Shown here one piece after another: positions 53,200 through 64,000 of a stretch of 64,000 nucleotides of DNA (within the stretch, counting starts at the first letter, position 1; each line of letters starts with the position of its first letter). Under the pieces are notes generated by a model that saw only the letters and a program-made list of their open reading frames with translations, had not been told where the DNA came from and made no database searches. Position numbers and translations under genes: made by a program. The stretch is from positions 56,296,001 through 56,360,000 of the forward strand of contig NC_043005.1 in NCBI RefSeq assembly GCF_006345805.1, written 5' to 3'. The stretch is from Octopus sinensis. Lineage: Eukaryota.

Positions 53200-53720
53200 T
53201 CATATCTTTCAACATCAGATTTTGTTGCTCATTTGACTCAGCTGGGGTTGATCAAGTCTCAACTTGTATCTCAGGAGCAGTAAACCACATTGTTTATTCT
53301 CTCTATCCGAAGCCAACTGGTGGCCTCCTCTGTTGATGAAATATATGGCTTTTCTCTTTGCTGCACCAGGCCCACTGAGAGCTTTACAGAATGAACACCC
53401 CTACAAAACTCCAGCAGCTTCAATTGGCTCACAACAGCCTTGGCTTTTGTTTCTGCACTGTTCTTCTATCTCCTAGTACCAAGCAAGCTTTTTCCCATGA
53501 GCCTTCTCCATGGGTACTTTCCAGTGTACAGTCAGTTCCCATATAATCACCTGTTTGGAGGAATTTGAGATGACAACTATGTCTTGGTAGTATGATGTGG
53601 CTGAGGATCTTAAACTATTTAACAAGATCCACTCTCAGCTACCAGTCTAGGGCTGCAAAATATAGGTACAGTCGTTGTTTCATTGAACATGACTGCTTTC
53701 CACCTTGATGCTTATGGTGT
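53200..53720 (-). mobile_element. HERO/NeSL-like LINE restriction-like endonuclease remnant
   Basis: Frameshifted W.L.VDL.K, PDIV..S..SKQV...ELTV.W, CEPIE, FVG, W.W motifs on the minus strand. Confidence 0.6.
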
Positions 53721-53920
53721 GTGTGTAATTAGTTAATGAGAGATAGAAGATCAAAGATACAAGAATTTTTATTAATCACTACAAAATACTTGTATCTTCC
53801 ATCTTTCATTAACTAAATACATAACGAACACTGTGAAAGTGGTCATGCTTTACCAGTAAGTTACCTGGTATAAACCATTTGTTTTATTATATAATAATAA
53901 TAATATATATATATATATAT

Positions 53921-54288
53921 AGGAGTGGCTGTGTGGTAAGTAGCGTGTTTACCGACCACACGGTTCCGGGTTCAGTCCCACTGCGGGGCACCTTGGGCAA
54001 GTGTCTTCTACTATAGCCTCGGGCCGACCAAAGCCTTGTGAGTGGATTTTGTAGACGGAAACTGAAAGAAGCCTGTCATATATATGCGTGTGTGTGTTTG
54101 TTCCCCTAGCATTGCTTGATAACCGATGCTGGTGTGTTTATGTCCCCGTTACTTAGCGGTTCAGCAAAAGAGACCGATAGAATAAGTACTGGGCTTACAA
54201 AAGAATAAGTCCTGGGGTCGAATTGCTCGATTAAAGGTGGTGCTCCAGCATGGCTGCAGTCAAATGACTGAAACAAGTAAAAGAGTAA
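53921..54288 (+). mobile_element. Same SINE family
   Basis: Colinear with 7290-7733. Confidence 0.88.
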
Positions 54289-54977
54289 TATATATATATA
54301 CACACACACACATACATACACACGTGTGTGTGTGCATATACATAAAGAGAGACATGTTTGTTTGTGTGCAAAGCAAGAGTATATATTCATGCTATTTAAC
54401 TATCTAACACACCTATCACTTGTTCCACTTAATTTCACATTTTCTATCACCATGAGACACTGCTACTTGTTACTCATGTACGAAACAGTATCCAAGTTTA
54501 TCCTTTATTTAAAGTCTAATATATCCGGTTTCACTAACCTTGTCAAAGTGCCCTGCATTTAAACCTGCTAAAAATTCACTTGGTAATTTACCATATGTAA
54601 AATCAAGTCCTACTAGGGTTTCTTTCATAGATGAATAACCTTGTTTGGGCTGTTAGGTTTTATGTTGTAACCATTAAGTACAAAGTGGGTTAAAACAAGG
54701 GACGATACTCTGTCAGCAAAACGTTTTTAGGCAGTCTATTGTCTCTCTTGAGACTATATTAAATACCAAGATGTTAACTGACAGCTGACAGCTGACTTCA
54801 GTAATCTTGTTTCATATGCACTGCACTAGAATTATGTATTTAATTTTGTTAACATTTTCTTTACATGTTTTTTTAATATTTTTTCTTTGTATTGATTTCA
54901 TATATGCATAAACCTCCCCCACCCACACACACACACACACACGCGCATATAGATATACACATGCACACATACACAAA

Positions 54978-55483
54978 CCGTAAATCTTAGAGTATAGTCC
55001 ACCCTTGAGTATAAATACACAGGGGATTTTTAGGGGGCTGTACTTCTGAAAAACCTAAACCTTGTGTATAATACACACCCCTTCTCTAACTTGAGTTGTG
55101 CGTAATTAACCTAGCAACATCTAGTCAAAAACAAACACTTCCGTGCATGCGTAATACAATGATGGTGATGTTCTTAACTGTTATATGGGAATGTAAATAT
55201 GTTTGCAAATTGTTTTTGTTACATGTTATTCTGTGTTCTGAATACTTTTATATTAATAAATGTTGCTCACTGCAAGTTATGGAGGATTCTTTTATGACTT
55301 CATTGCTTTCAGGCTTAGCTTAAGGTATTTTCGCACCTGAATAAACATTGCCGGACAGCAAATAGAGACTCAGACATTGCTTAGAAAATATTTTTCATTT
55401 TTAACCTCATATATAGTACGCACTAGGGATTTTGACCTTTAAATTTTGGGGAAAATGTGCGGATTATACTCAAGGATTTACGG
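54978..55483. mobile_element. MITE with CCGTAAATC..GAGTATA TIRs (Tc2/Kanga-like termini)
   Basis: ccgtaaatcttagagtatagtcc versus ggattatactcaaggatttacgg, with TA on the right flank. Confidence 0.7.
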
Positions 55484-56047
55484 TATATATAACAAATTTG
55501 ATTTCAGTAGGATCTGAACTCAAAACACCAAATTGGAACAAATACCACATGATAGCAACACTCTAATGACTCTGTCAAGTCATTGCCTGATTAAGTAATT
55601 CTTTCTGATATAGGCACAAGGCCAGAAATTTTGTTAGGAGGAACTAGCCAATTACTACTGCTCACTCTTTTAATGTAGGGTAACCAAGTACCTCCGTTAT
55701 ATCAAAACACCTGTACTTGTGCCTCTATCATACTTTAACCTCTCGGTACCTGGCATAACGCCCTCCACACGCACACAACACACCTTCTGACCTCCCGTAC
55801 TGCCCTCACTTAGTCATAGGAGATTTTCTCTTACCTGATCTTTTCTGCCTTGCAACTTAGCAATATCCCTTACCTAGTATATACTGTAAGGGTATCCAGC
55901 CATAGGAAACATGTCAAAGCTAAATCTGGAGCTCAGCACACAATCCTGCAGCAAGCTGCAAGATCCTATCAAAACCATCCAGTCTATATTAGCATGGAAA
56001 AGCAGATTATAAATGATGATGATGATGATATATATATATATATTAAA

Positions 56048-56255
56048 GGCGGCGAACTGGCAGAACCGTTAGCACGCCAGGCGAAATAGGTATTTCATCT
56101 GCTGTTACGTTCTGAGTTCAAATTCCGCCGAGGTCGACTTTGCCTTTCATCCTTTCGGGGTCGATAAATTAAGTACCAGTTACGCACTGGGGTCGATGTA
56201 ATCGACTTAATCCGTTTGTCTGTCCTTGTTTAGCCCCTTGTGGGTAGTAAAGAAA
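56048..56255 (+). mobile_element. Second tRNA-derived SINE family (ggcggcgaactggcagaaccgttag)
   Basis: A-box- and B-box-like motifs (tggcagaaccgttag; gagttcaaattcc). Fragments recur at 27040 (-), 57615, 62000 and 62655. Confidence 0.8.
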
Positions 56256-59200
56256 TATATATATATACAGAGAGAGAGAGAGAGAGAGCAAGTGTGTGTA
56301 AGAGAGAGAGCAAGTGTGTGTGAGAGAGAGAGAGAGAACAAGTGTGTGTGTGAGAGAGAGAGGGAGATTTACCTACAAAATATTACCTTTATACTATATT
56401 CTCTATATCACCAATTCTGACTACCATCACCTGGAATGTGGTTGTAATGAGTATATTTAAATAGTTTATTTAAGAATTATTTTCTGCATCTTAAAAAAAA
56501 AATTTTATCTCAAAGTTTTTAATGGCATTTTTCTTTCTTTCAATTTCCTCCAGTTAGTTGAATGATAATGTTTATTTTCAGACTTCGAATGAAATAACTT
56601 GAGCAAAAAAATTTTTCCAGACCTGTTTATCTTCAAAACTGAATAATTTGATAAAGGAAATCTTACTTAATCTACAAAACTAAAAATTGTGCCAACAAAG
56701 AATAGTTTAGTACTGTTTTGTTATTCCATATTAGTACTGTCTTAAATGTAACTGGGAATTTCCAACATTACAAAACCTGTTAGCAGGAATGTAAAACATA
56801 AAAATAAGAACATTCAGTTCTGCATTTTCTGGCTTTGGCTGATCAAATCCTAGCCAATGTATTTGATAGACAGAAACTGAAAGAAGCCCATTGTATAGAT
56901 ATACATATATACATACATGTAAAAATCTGTAAAACTTTTCAGAAGTTTATCATTTAAGTATATATGAACATGCCTAGACATGCATGAGAATAGATACATT
57001 GGAATATATGCATGAGAACATATATGCATGAGAATACATGCATAAAATAAAACATACACATCTGCACATATACACACATACTTACAATGTTATTCTGTTG
57101 GTGTTGTTGAAATCTAGGTTAGAAACTGGCTTTTTCTTTATTGGCAAAAAACCTTGAAACAAAACTGAATACTGACATACATATACACACACACATATAT
57201 ACATGCACTTATGTGTGTGTTTGTATGTATATGTGTGTGTATACATATATGTGTATATAATACGCACATACATAAACATATACGTATGTATAGGTGGATG
57301 GATATATAATCTGTATGTATGTGTTACTGTTTTCTTGTCTTGCATTACGCAATAGTTGTAATCAAATGTCATCATGCAAGTGGTGTCCTTCATACCCAGT
57401 CTTCCATGAAAACATGCCTGTCAATGGGGAAATATTACCTTACTTAGAAGTGGGTGAGGGTTGGTAACAGGAAGAGCATCCATAAAAAATTCCATTCGAC
57501 CCATGCAAGTATGATAAAGTGGACATTAAAACAGTGATGATGATCTTTTAAGGTGGTGTATAAGATTGTTGCCTTGAATGACTCATGGTATCTGTTCTGA
57601 CACTTTGCGCTCTGAGTTCTAATCTTGCCATGGTCAACTTTGCCTTTCATCCTTTCAGGGTTGATAAAAAAAGTACTAATCTACTTCTTTCTTATGGTAG
57701 ATTATTACAACTGTTAGAGTGTCGAGCTAGATGTCTTGCAGTATTTTTTCTGTCTTTGCATTCTGACACAAGGCTGTATCAGCTCAAGTCAATGAACTTT
57801 TACCCTAGGATAAACATCAGTGGCATGGAAAGGACAGATTTATATGTTTGGGGAACTGCCAATCCCACTGAAAAAAATCTAACCCATGCCAGCACATGTT
57901 TGTAAAGATGTACAGTCAACCTTGACAGATAGAGGTCCTACATAATCTTTTTTTTTGTTTTGTTTTTTTTTTGTTAGGTAGTTATATTTCTTATGGTTTT
58001 GGTCAGTCCTTGCATACGACATTTGGCAGCCCCTCTCAGCCTGCTGAAATTAATACAGAGCAGGGGCAAGTTGAGATCTGTTGGTGGAAAGTGTTGCAGG
58101 AAAAAGAAAAAACCACATGGTTGACAGAAAGGAATGACTGAGGAAAGTGTTTCGTGTATGACCCGGAAGGAAAAGTGTTAGATGTGGTGAGAAAAAACAT
58201 AGACCACTGTAATAGCAGTAGAAAATGCTCAATAAGGACACTTAGTGTCTATAAGAAAGAGGATGGAATATGTTGGTTATTTTGTGGTAAGGTAAATGTC
58301 TTTTGTGAGAAAGCTGCCTGAGTTTGACTTAGCTACTACTCAGGGTTTTGTGAAGAAATTACCTGTAATTGATTTCTCTACTGTACAAGGTGAGATTTTT
58401 TCTCTCATCTACTCAACACTATATAGAAACCAAACCTTCTATCAATGGGTAAAATAATTTATGGTCAAATCTCCAAGATCATCAAGAGAGGGGCCTTACT
58501 CATTATGCTAAGAACTTGATACAATGTACTTTGTGCAAACAGTTGCAGTGATATCTCTGGCAGATTGACAGAGAATCGGTATTTCAAATGTGATAGGTGT
58601 ACAGTAGTTAGCTGCAAGAGCACCTATGAAATGAAGTTCCTGAAATACTTACCGTTTTTTTTCTTTTTCTTTTTTTCATGTAGCAGTTCATGCTACCTCG
58701 ATGACCTAATTAATGCTAGGGGTGGTTGTACTGATAAGTAGAGTAGCTAGAGAAAGAAAGGCTTGGAAAAGTACTGATACACATGTTGGCAATAAGCAAT
58801 CTCTCTCTCTCTCTCTCTACCGACAGTTGACTATATGAAGCAAGTATGCACAGTGTAGTGAGACATGGATATTGAATGCAAAACCAAACAAAAATGAGAT
58901 GGTTGTAATTGTTAGACATGCACTGAGGGTGAGCCAAGAAATGGACTGGTCAGTAAAGACAGACAATATATGCCAAAAAAAAGCGGGGGGGGGGGAGGAT
59001 TGTTGCATTAGTGGTATAGAATGACATGTAATACAAATAAATGGATGTGAGTGCTAGGTGGAAAAATATCTCATCTGATTGAGGCAGAAGAAGACATGGA
59101 AAGAACTGGTGAAAATACATCTCAAGATACTGAGTTTCACTGACAAAATGGCACAGGAATGAGACAAACTGTGATCCTTACCAATTTAGACCTCTCTAAC

Positions 59201-59257
59201 CTATGTTAATATAATAAAATGAACATTAAAATGACAGTAATGACAAAAATGATGATA

Positions 59258-59443
59258 TACTCTTTACTCTTTTACTTGTTTCAGTCATTTGACTGTGGCC
59301 ATGCTGGTGCACCACCTTTAGTCGAGCAAATCAACCCCAGGATTTATTCTTTGGAAGCCTAGTACTTATTCTATCGGTCTCTTTTGCCGAACCACTAAGT
59401 TACGGGGACAAACACAGACACACAAACATACACACACACTCAT

Positions 59444-59519
<76 letters not shown>

Positions 59520-59580
59520 AAACATATATACGATGGGCTTCTTTCAGTTTCCGTCTACCAAATCCACTCACAAAGCTTTG
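59258..59580 (-). mobile_element. Same SINE family, partial
   Basis: Reverse complement of the body and tail. Confidence 0.82.
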
Positions 59581-60047
59581 AAACAGGTGAAGGTTGATGA
59601 CAGGGAAGGCATCCAGCCATAGAAAATTTGCTTCAATAAACGATGATGATAATATACACACATACACAAGCACAATAACAATATGTAAAAGGAAAGGCAG
59701 AGGGATAATGTTTTTCACTGAATTAGATTCTCATAGAATTAGCACTTGTCACAATTGTCAGTACAAATGATTTTATCATAAATGATAAATCCATGCATTA
59801 ACTTGAAATATTGAGACGTGTTCTGTGTAGGAATCTATCAAAATACATAATGTAAATTTAAACTTACAACCATTGAGCAGGTAGCTCAAAATACTTTATA
59901 TAATCTCGCTGACCATTTCACTTCCTCAAAATTTAGTGTACAATTAAAGTTGCAAGAATTTTTTTGGTTTTATTTTTCTGGATTAAATCTTGAAGTTTCT
60001 AAATTCTTATGATATCAACAATATATATGTATGCATATACATATATA

Positions 60048-60957
60048 TGAGGTGATATCAAAAAGTTCCCAAACTAGTTATTATATTTAATAAAAAATAA
60101 CTTATTTACCTAAGTTTTTATCATCATCTCCTTCAAAATAGTCACCTTGCACAGCAATACACCAGTCTCAGCATTCCTACCACTTTTGGAATCCAGCTTG
60201 GAACTCGTTTTCCATTAGTGAGTTGAGGACCTTCTGCAATTCATTCTGGATCTCAACAACAGTGCTAAAACAGCAACCTTTGAGCTGGATTTTCATCTTG
60301 GGGAAGAGATGGAAGTCCTCAGGTGCTAAATCTAGCAAACAGGGCAGGTGCAGAAGTGATACTATGCTGCTTTTGGCAAGAAAATTACAAGTGAGGAGAG
60401 TTTGGTCACAAGATGCATTGTCATAGTGAAGAATCCAATTCTTTGGGCTCCACAGATCTGGTCGCTTTCACCAAATGTCCACCCTCAAATGCTCCAAAAT
60501 GTCACAGTAGAACTCTCAATTGACAATCTGGCCCTGGAGGATGAATTCTCAATGCACAATACCACATTTCCTGAGGTGACGCTCATGGCAGGTCTTCCAG
60601 GTACCTTATCATCTTCCTGGGATGTTCTCTGCCTTTGAAGCACCTGTGCCATTTAAAACATTGTGCTTTGTTGCTGTAAGCTTGCCAAAGCATGCTCAGT
60701 GTCTGTGTGGCAAACTTCCTAAGTTTAATGCAAAATTTAACGTTGGCACTTTGTTTCTGTCCTTGACAAAATCGCAGACTACAGCATACACGTGATCACA
60801 AAAACATAAATTTCACAACTTGTGAAGTAAACACAATAACACTCAGCACACCACCTCATGAAGGTCACCACTAGCTCTCACTATTCACACAACTGTGTGC
60901 TGTCATCTGTTGGTGCACTATAGAGCTAGTCCAGGAACTTTTTAATACCACCTTGAG
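60048..60957 (-). mobile_element. Internally deleted mariner element
   Basis: TIRs tgaggtgatatcaaaaagttcccaaactag / ctagtccaggaactttttaataccacc. Minus-strand remnants ANVKFCIKL, WILHYDNA, DLAPEDFHLFPKMK. Confidence 0.88.
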
Positions 60958-61038
60958 TATATGTATATATATATATATATTTCGGAGATGTACTCGCATA
61001 GCAAGTAATTTGATCTGAGATCGTGTGCTGAAACGAAA

Positions 61039-61337
61039 ACAATTGCAGCGTGGAAGGTGTTTATAAGCCATTTAAGAAACACACAAAAGCCGTTCGATTC
61101 ACTTCAACATTTAAGTTTAATTTGTCAAAATATTTTCGGCACTAAAATCCGCGACCTGTTCACTGACAAAAATCCGTGCTGCATCTGAGCTCAGATGCAG
61201 CACGGATTTTTGTCAGTGAACAGGTCGCGGATTTTAGCGCCGAAAATATTTTGACAAATTAAACTTAAATGTTGAAGTGAATCGAACGGCTTTTGTGTGT
61301 TTCTTAAATGGCTTATAAACACCTTCCACGCTGCAGT

Positions 61338-61340
<3 letters not shown>
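61039..61340. repeat. Spacerless 302-bp palindrome (2 x 151 bp), likely inverted Penelope-like pseudo-LTRs
   Basis: Centre ..catctgag|ctcagatg.. at 61189/61190. Arms differ at only two positions checked by eye. Flanked by (TA)n. Confidence 0.9.
61209..61258 (+). ncRNA. Minimal type I hammerhead-ribozyme-like motif with G3-C8 core variant (mirror copy at 61121-61170, minus strand)
   Basis: Stem I tttgtca/tgacaaa; core GTGAACA; stem II GG(T)CGC/GCGCC; GAAA; palindromic AATATT as stem III; NUH = UUU. Confidence 0.6.
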
Positions 61341-61377
<37 letters not shown>

Positions 61378-61705
61378 TATATACTTGAGTATAACCAGCT
61401 GAAATTGCAAAGATAATCTGGAACTCAACTGAGGAAAGAAAACTCCAAATGACCCGTCCTTGTTTTCTTTGTATTGTCTATATGGATGTTTTGTTGTCCC
61501 TTTCTTGTATCACCTAACTGTCTGGATATTTTTGCGTTCTTGTCCCATTTTGTATTTTTGTGTGTGTGCGTGTTTGTATATATGTAGATATATATATATA
61601 TATATATGTTTATGCATGTGTGTGTGTTTATATATATTTGTATATATATATATTTACTTATATGTAACAACTCCAATAAAATTTTTTCAAACATTTCATT
61701 TTCAG

Positions 61706-61897
61706 GTCTTAAGCCAATATGAAATCGACTATGCTGGGATACCCATCAGAGGTTTGAGTGCCCTTTGTCCTAATGTTATTGACCTTGACTTGTCTAGCAA
61801 TTTGCTATCATGCTGGTCGGAGATACTACCTCTTATTGCACAACTACCTTGTTTAAAGTTTGTCAATCTCAGCCACAACAAGATAAACAATCACAAT
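61706..61897 (+). CDS. TBCEL: TBCEL coding exon 2, LRR region (VLSQYEIDYAGIPIRGLSALCPNVIDLDLSSNLLSCWSEILPLIAQLPCLKFVNLSHNKINNHN)
   Basis: ttttcag| acceptor and AAT|gtaagt donor; 192 nt, phase 0-0. LDLS.N.L..W.E and L.F.NLS.N leucine-rich repeats as in TBCE/TBCEL. No CAP-Gly domain upstream, which favours TBCEL. Confidence 0.9.
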
Positions 61898-62143
61898 GTA
61901 AGTAATATCTAATAATCTACTGTTATTGTTGTTGTTGTTGTTGTTATTATTTGTAAGGCAGCAAGCTGGTAGACTCTTAGCAGTATTTCATCTGTCTTTA
62001 CATTATGAGTTCAAATCCCACCAAGGTTGACTTTGCCTTTCATCCTTTCGGGGTCTATAAAATAAGGACCAGTTAAGCACTGGAGTCAATGTAATTGACT
62101 TACTCTTTCCCTCAGAATTGTTGGTTTGTGCTAAAATTTGAAA

Positions 62144-62178
<35 letters not shown>

Positions 62179-62484
62179 GTTATTATTATCATTCGTTGCC
62201 AGCCTCGCCTGGCCCTCGTGCCGGTGGCACATTAAAAGCACCATCCGTTCATGGCCGTTTGCCAACTCTGTCTGGCACCTGTGCGGGTGGCACGTAAAAA
62301 ACACCCACTACACTCACGGAGTGGTTGGCATTAGGAAGGGCATCCAGCCGTAGAAACACTGCCAGATTTGACTGGGCCTGATGAAGCCTTCTGGCTTCAC
62401 AGACCCCAGTAGAACCGTCCAACCCATGCTAGCATGGAAAACAGACGCTAAACGATGATGATGATCATCATCATTGTTATTATC

Positions 62485-62593
62485 GTTTATTGTTGTTATT
62501 GTTATTATTATTATTATCAATATTATTATTATTGTTTATTGTTGTAGTTGTTGTTGTTGCTGTTATTGTTGTTGTTATTATTATTATCATCAC

Positions 62594-62644
<51 letters not shown>

Positions 62645-62645
62645 T
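62485..62645. repeat. Compound (ATT)/(GTT)/(ATC) trinucleotide microsatellite
   Basis: Direct reading. Confidence 0.93.
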
Positions 62646-63666
62646 AAGAAGGTAGCGAGCTGCCAGAATCATTAGCATGCCAGACAAAATGTTTAGTGGC
62701 ATTTTGTCTGTCTTTATGTTTGAGTTCAAATTCTGTCATGGTCGACTTTTCCATTCATCCTTTCAGGTTTGATAAAATGAAAACCACTCAAGCACTGGGG
62801 TCAATGTGATCAACTGCCCACTACCCCCAAATTTCAGGTCTTGCACCTGTAGTAGAAAGGATTATTATTATTATTATTATTGAGTGAGAGAGCAGTGCAT
62901 GCCATCAAAGTGACACTGGGGTAAAATATACGAAGCCCAATATACCCATCATGACTACCCGTCTGATAAGGGTACACCAGGCACATGCATCACAACCATA
63001 TGTGTGCGACATGGTGATCTCATATTAAGATAAACAGCACATGACCTTGCAGGTGGGGCCCAGTTAGAATTTTCTTCAGGTTGAGTAGCCCATCCCGCTC
63101 AAAAGGTCCCTGAATAAGGGTTGTTTAAGGATGTTGAAAGAACCACCCATGTTTCCAGAGGTGAATTATTCAAACCCCAAAGAATCCCTCTCAACACATG
63201 GCTATGATGTCCCCCACTACTTCTATTATTATTATTATTATTATTATTATTTTCTCAAGGATACGTCTCTCTTCTTTGGGGTTGAAAGATCAATTACAAA
63301 ACCATCCTTGCCAACAATATGTGATTAATTAGCCATTATTTCCATACTTTAGTAAATTGGTATATCTCCCAAGAATATGGTCATTTGTCATTATGTTATA
63401 CCTTTTCTGGTGTTCTGCTTATACCAACTTTTTCTGTTCGAATTTCACAAGGCTTTCTTAACTTCCAGTGTATGTAAGTCCTAACTCTGTAGATCTATTC
63501 TCTCACTGGGCAGCCAGAGACAAAATGGTTAATTGTTTCTTATATTTCTGCAGTAACAATGCATTCTACTTCTCTACATACTTTTGGTAGTTGCAAGGCC
63601 ATGATCTTCTGTCACAGTAGAAAATCTTATGGCCTCAGCATTGTCTCCTGCACTTTTCAGCTAGTG

Positions 63667-64000
63667 TTATACTCTTACTCTTTTACTTGTTTCAGTCATT
63701 TGACTGTGGCCATGCTGGAGCACCACCTTCAGTCAAGCAAATCGACCCCAGGACTTATTCTTTGTAAGCCTAGTACTTATTCTATCGGTCTCTTTTGCCG
63801 AACTGCTAAGTTACGTGGACATGAACACACCAGCATCAGTTGTCAAGCAATGTAGGGGGGGACAGACACAGACGCACAAACATATACATATATACATATA
63901 TACGACAGGCTTCTTTCAGTTTCTGTCTACCAAATCCAATCACAAGGCTTTGGTCGGCCCAAAATTATAGTAGAAGACACTTGTCCAAGGTGCCATGCAG
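63667..64000 (-). mobile_element. Same SINE family, runs off the window
   Basis: Reverse complement of the body and tail. Confidence 0.82.

Noticed and set aside
1-64000. CRISPR arrays, operons or other prokaryotic systems; intact tRNA genes
   Set aside because: The sequence is clearly eukaryotic with spliceosomal introns. The tandem repeats lack unique spacers, and the tRNA-like motifs are SINE heads without a full cloverleaf.

Overview
AT-rich, repeat-dense animal genomic DNA. The SINE, microsatellite and LINE content suggests a coleoid cephalopod, probably Octopus; this is an inference from remembered repeat families, not a search. Two protein-coding genes lie head-to-head with their ATGs 440 bp apart. 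The first is a complete clathrin light chain gene on the minus strand (5 constitutive coding exons, 37413->13520, 207 aa). The second is the first two coding exons of a tubulin-folding cofactor E-like gene (TBCEL) on the plus strand (37853-38071 and 61706-61897, separated by a 23.6 kb intron, continuing past the window). The rest is introns and intergenic DNA with SINEs, mariner/Tc2-type DNA elements, decayed LINEs (RTE, CR1, CRE, R4-like and HERO/NeSL-like RLE) and simple repeats. Most notable: (1) four frame-preserving phase-2 microexon candidates (9, 39, 39 and 27 nt) in clathrin light chain intron 4, at the position where vertebrate LCa/LCb carry neuron-specific inserts; (2) tandem partial copies of exon 1 in intron 1, one of which could be an in-frame cassette exon; (3) three hammerhead-ribozyme-like motifs inside inverted repeats, including a minimal Penelope-type hammerhead with a swapped G3-C8 core pair inside a spacerless 302-bp palindrome in the TBCEL intron. 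Everything was read by eye; no alignment, folding or expression data were available.
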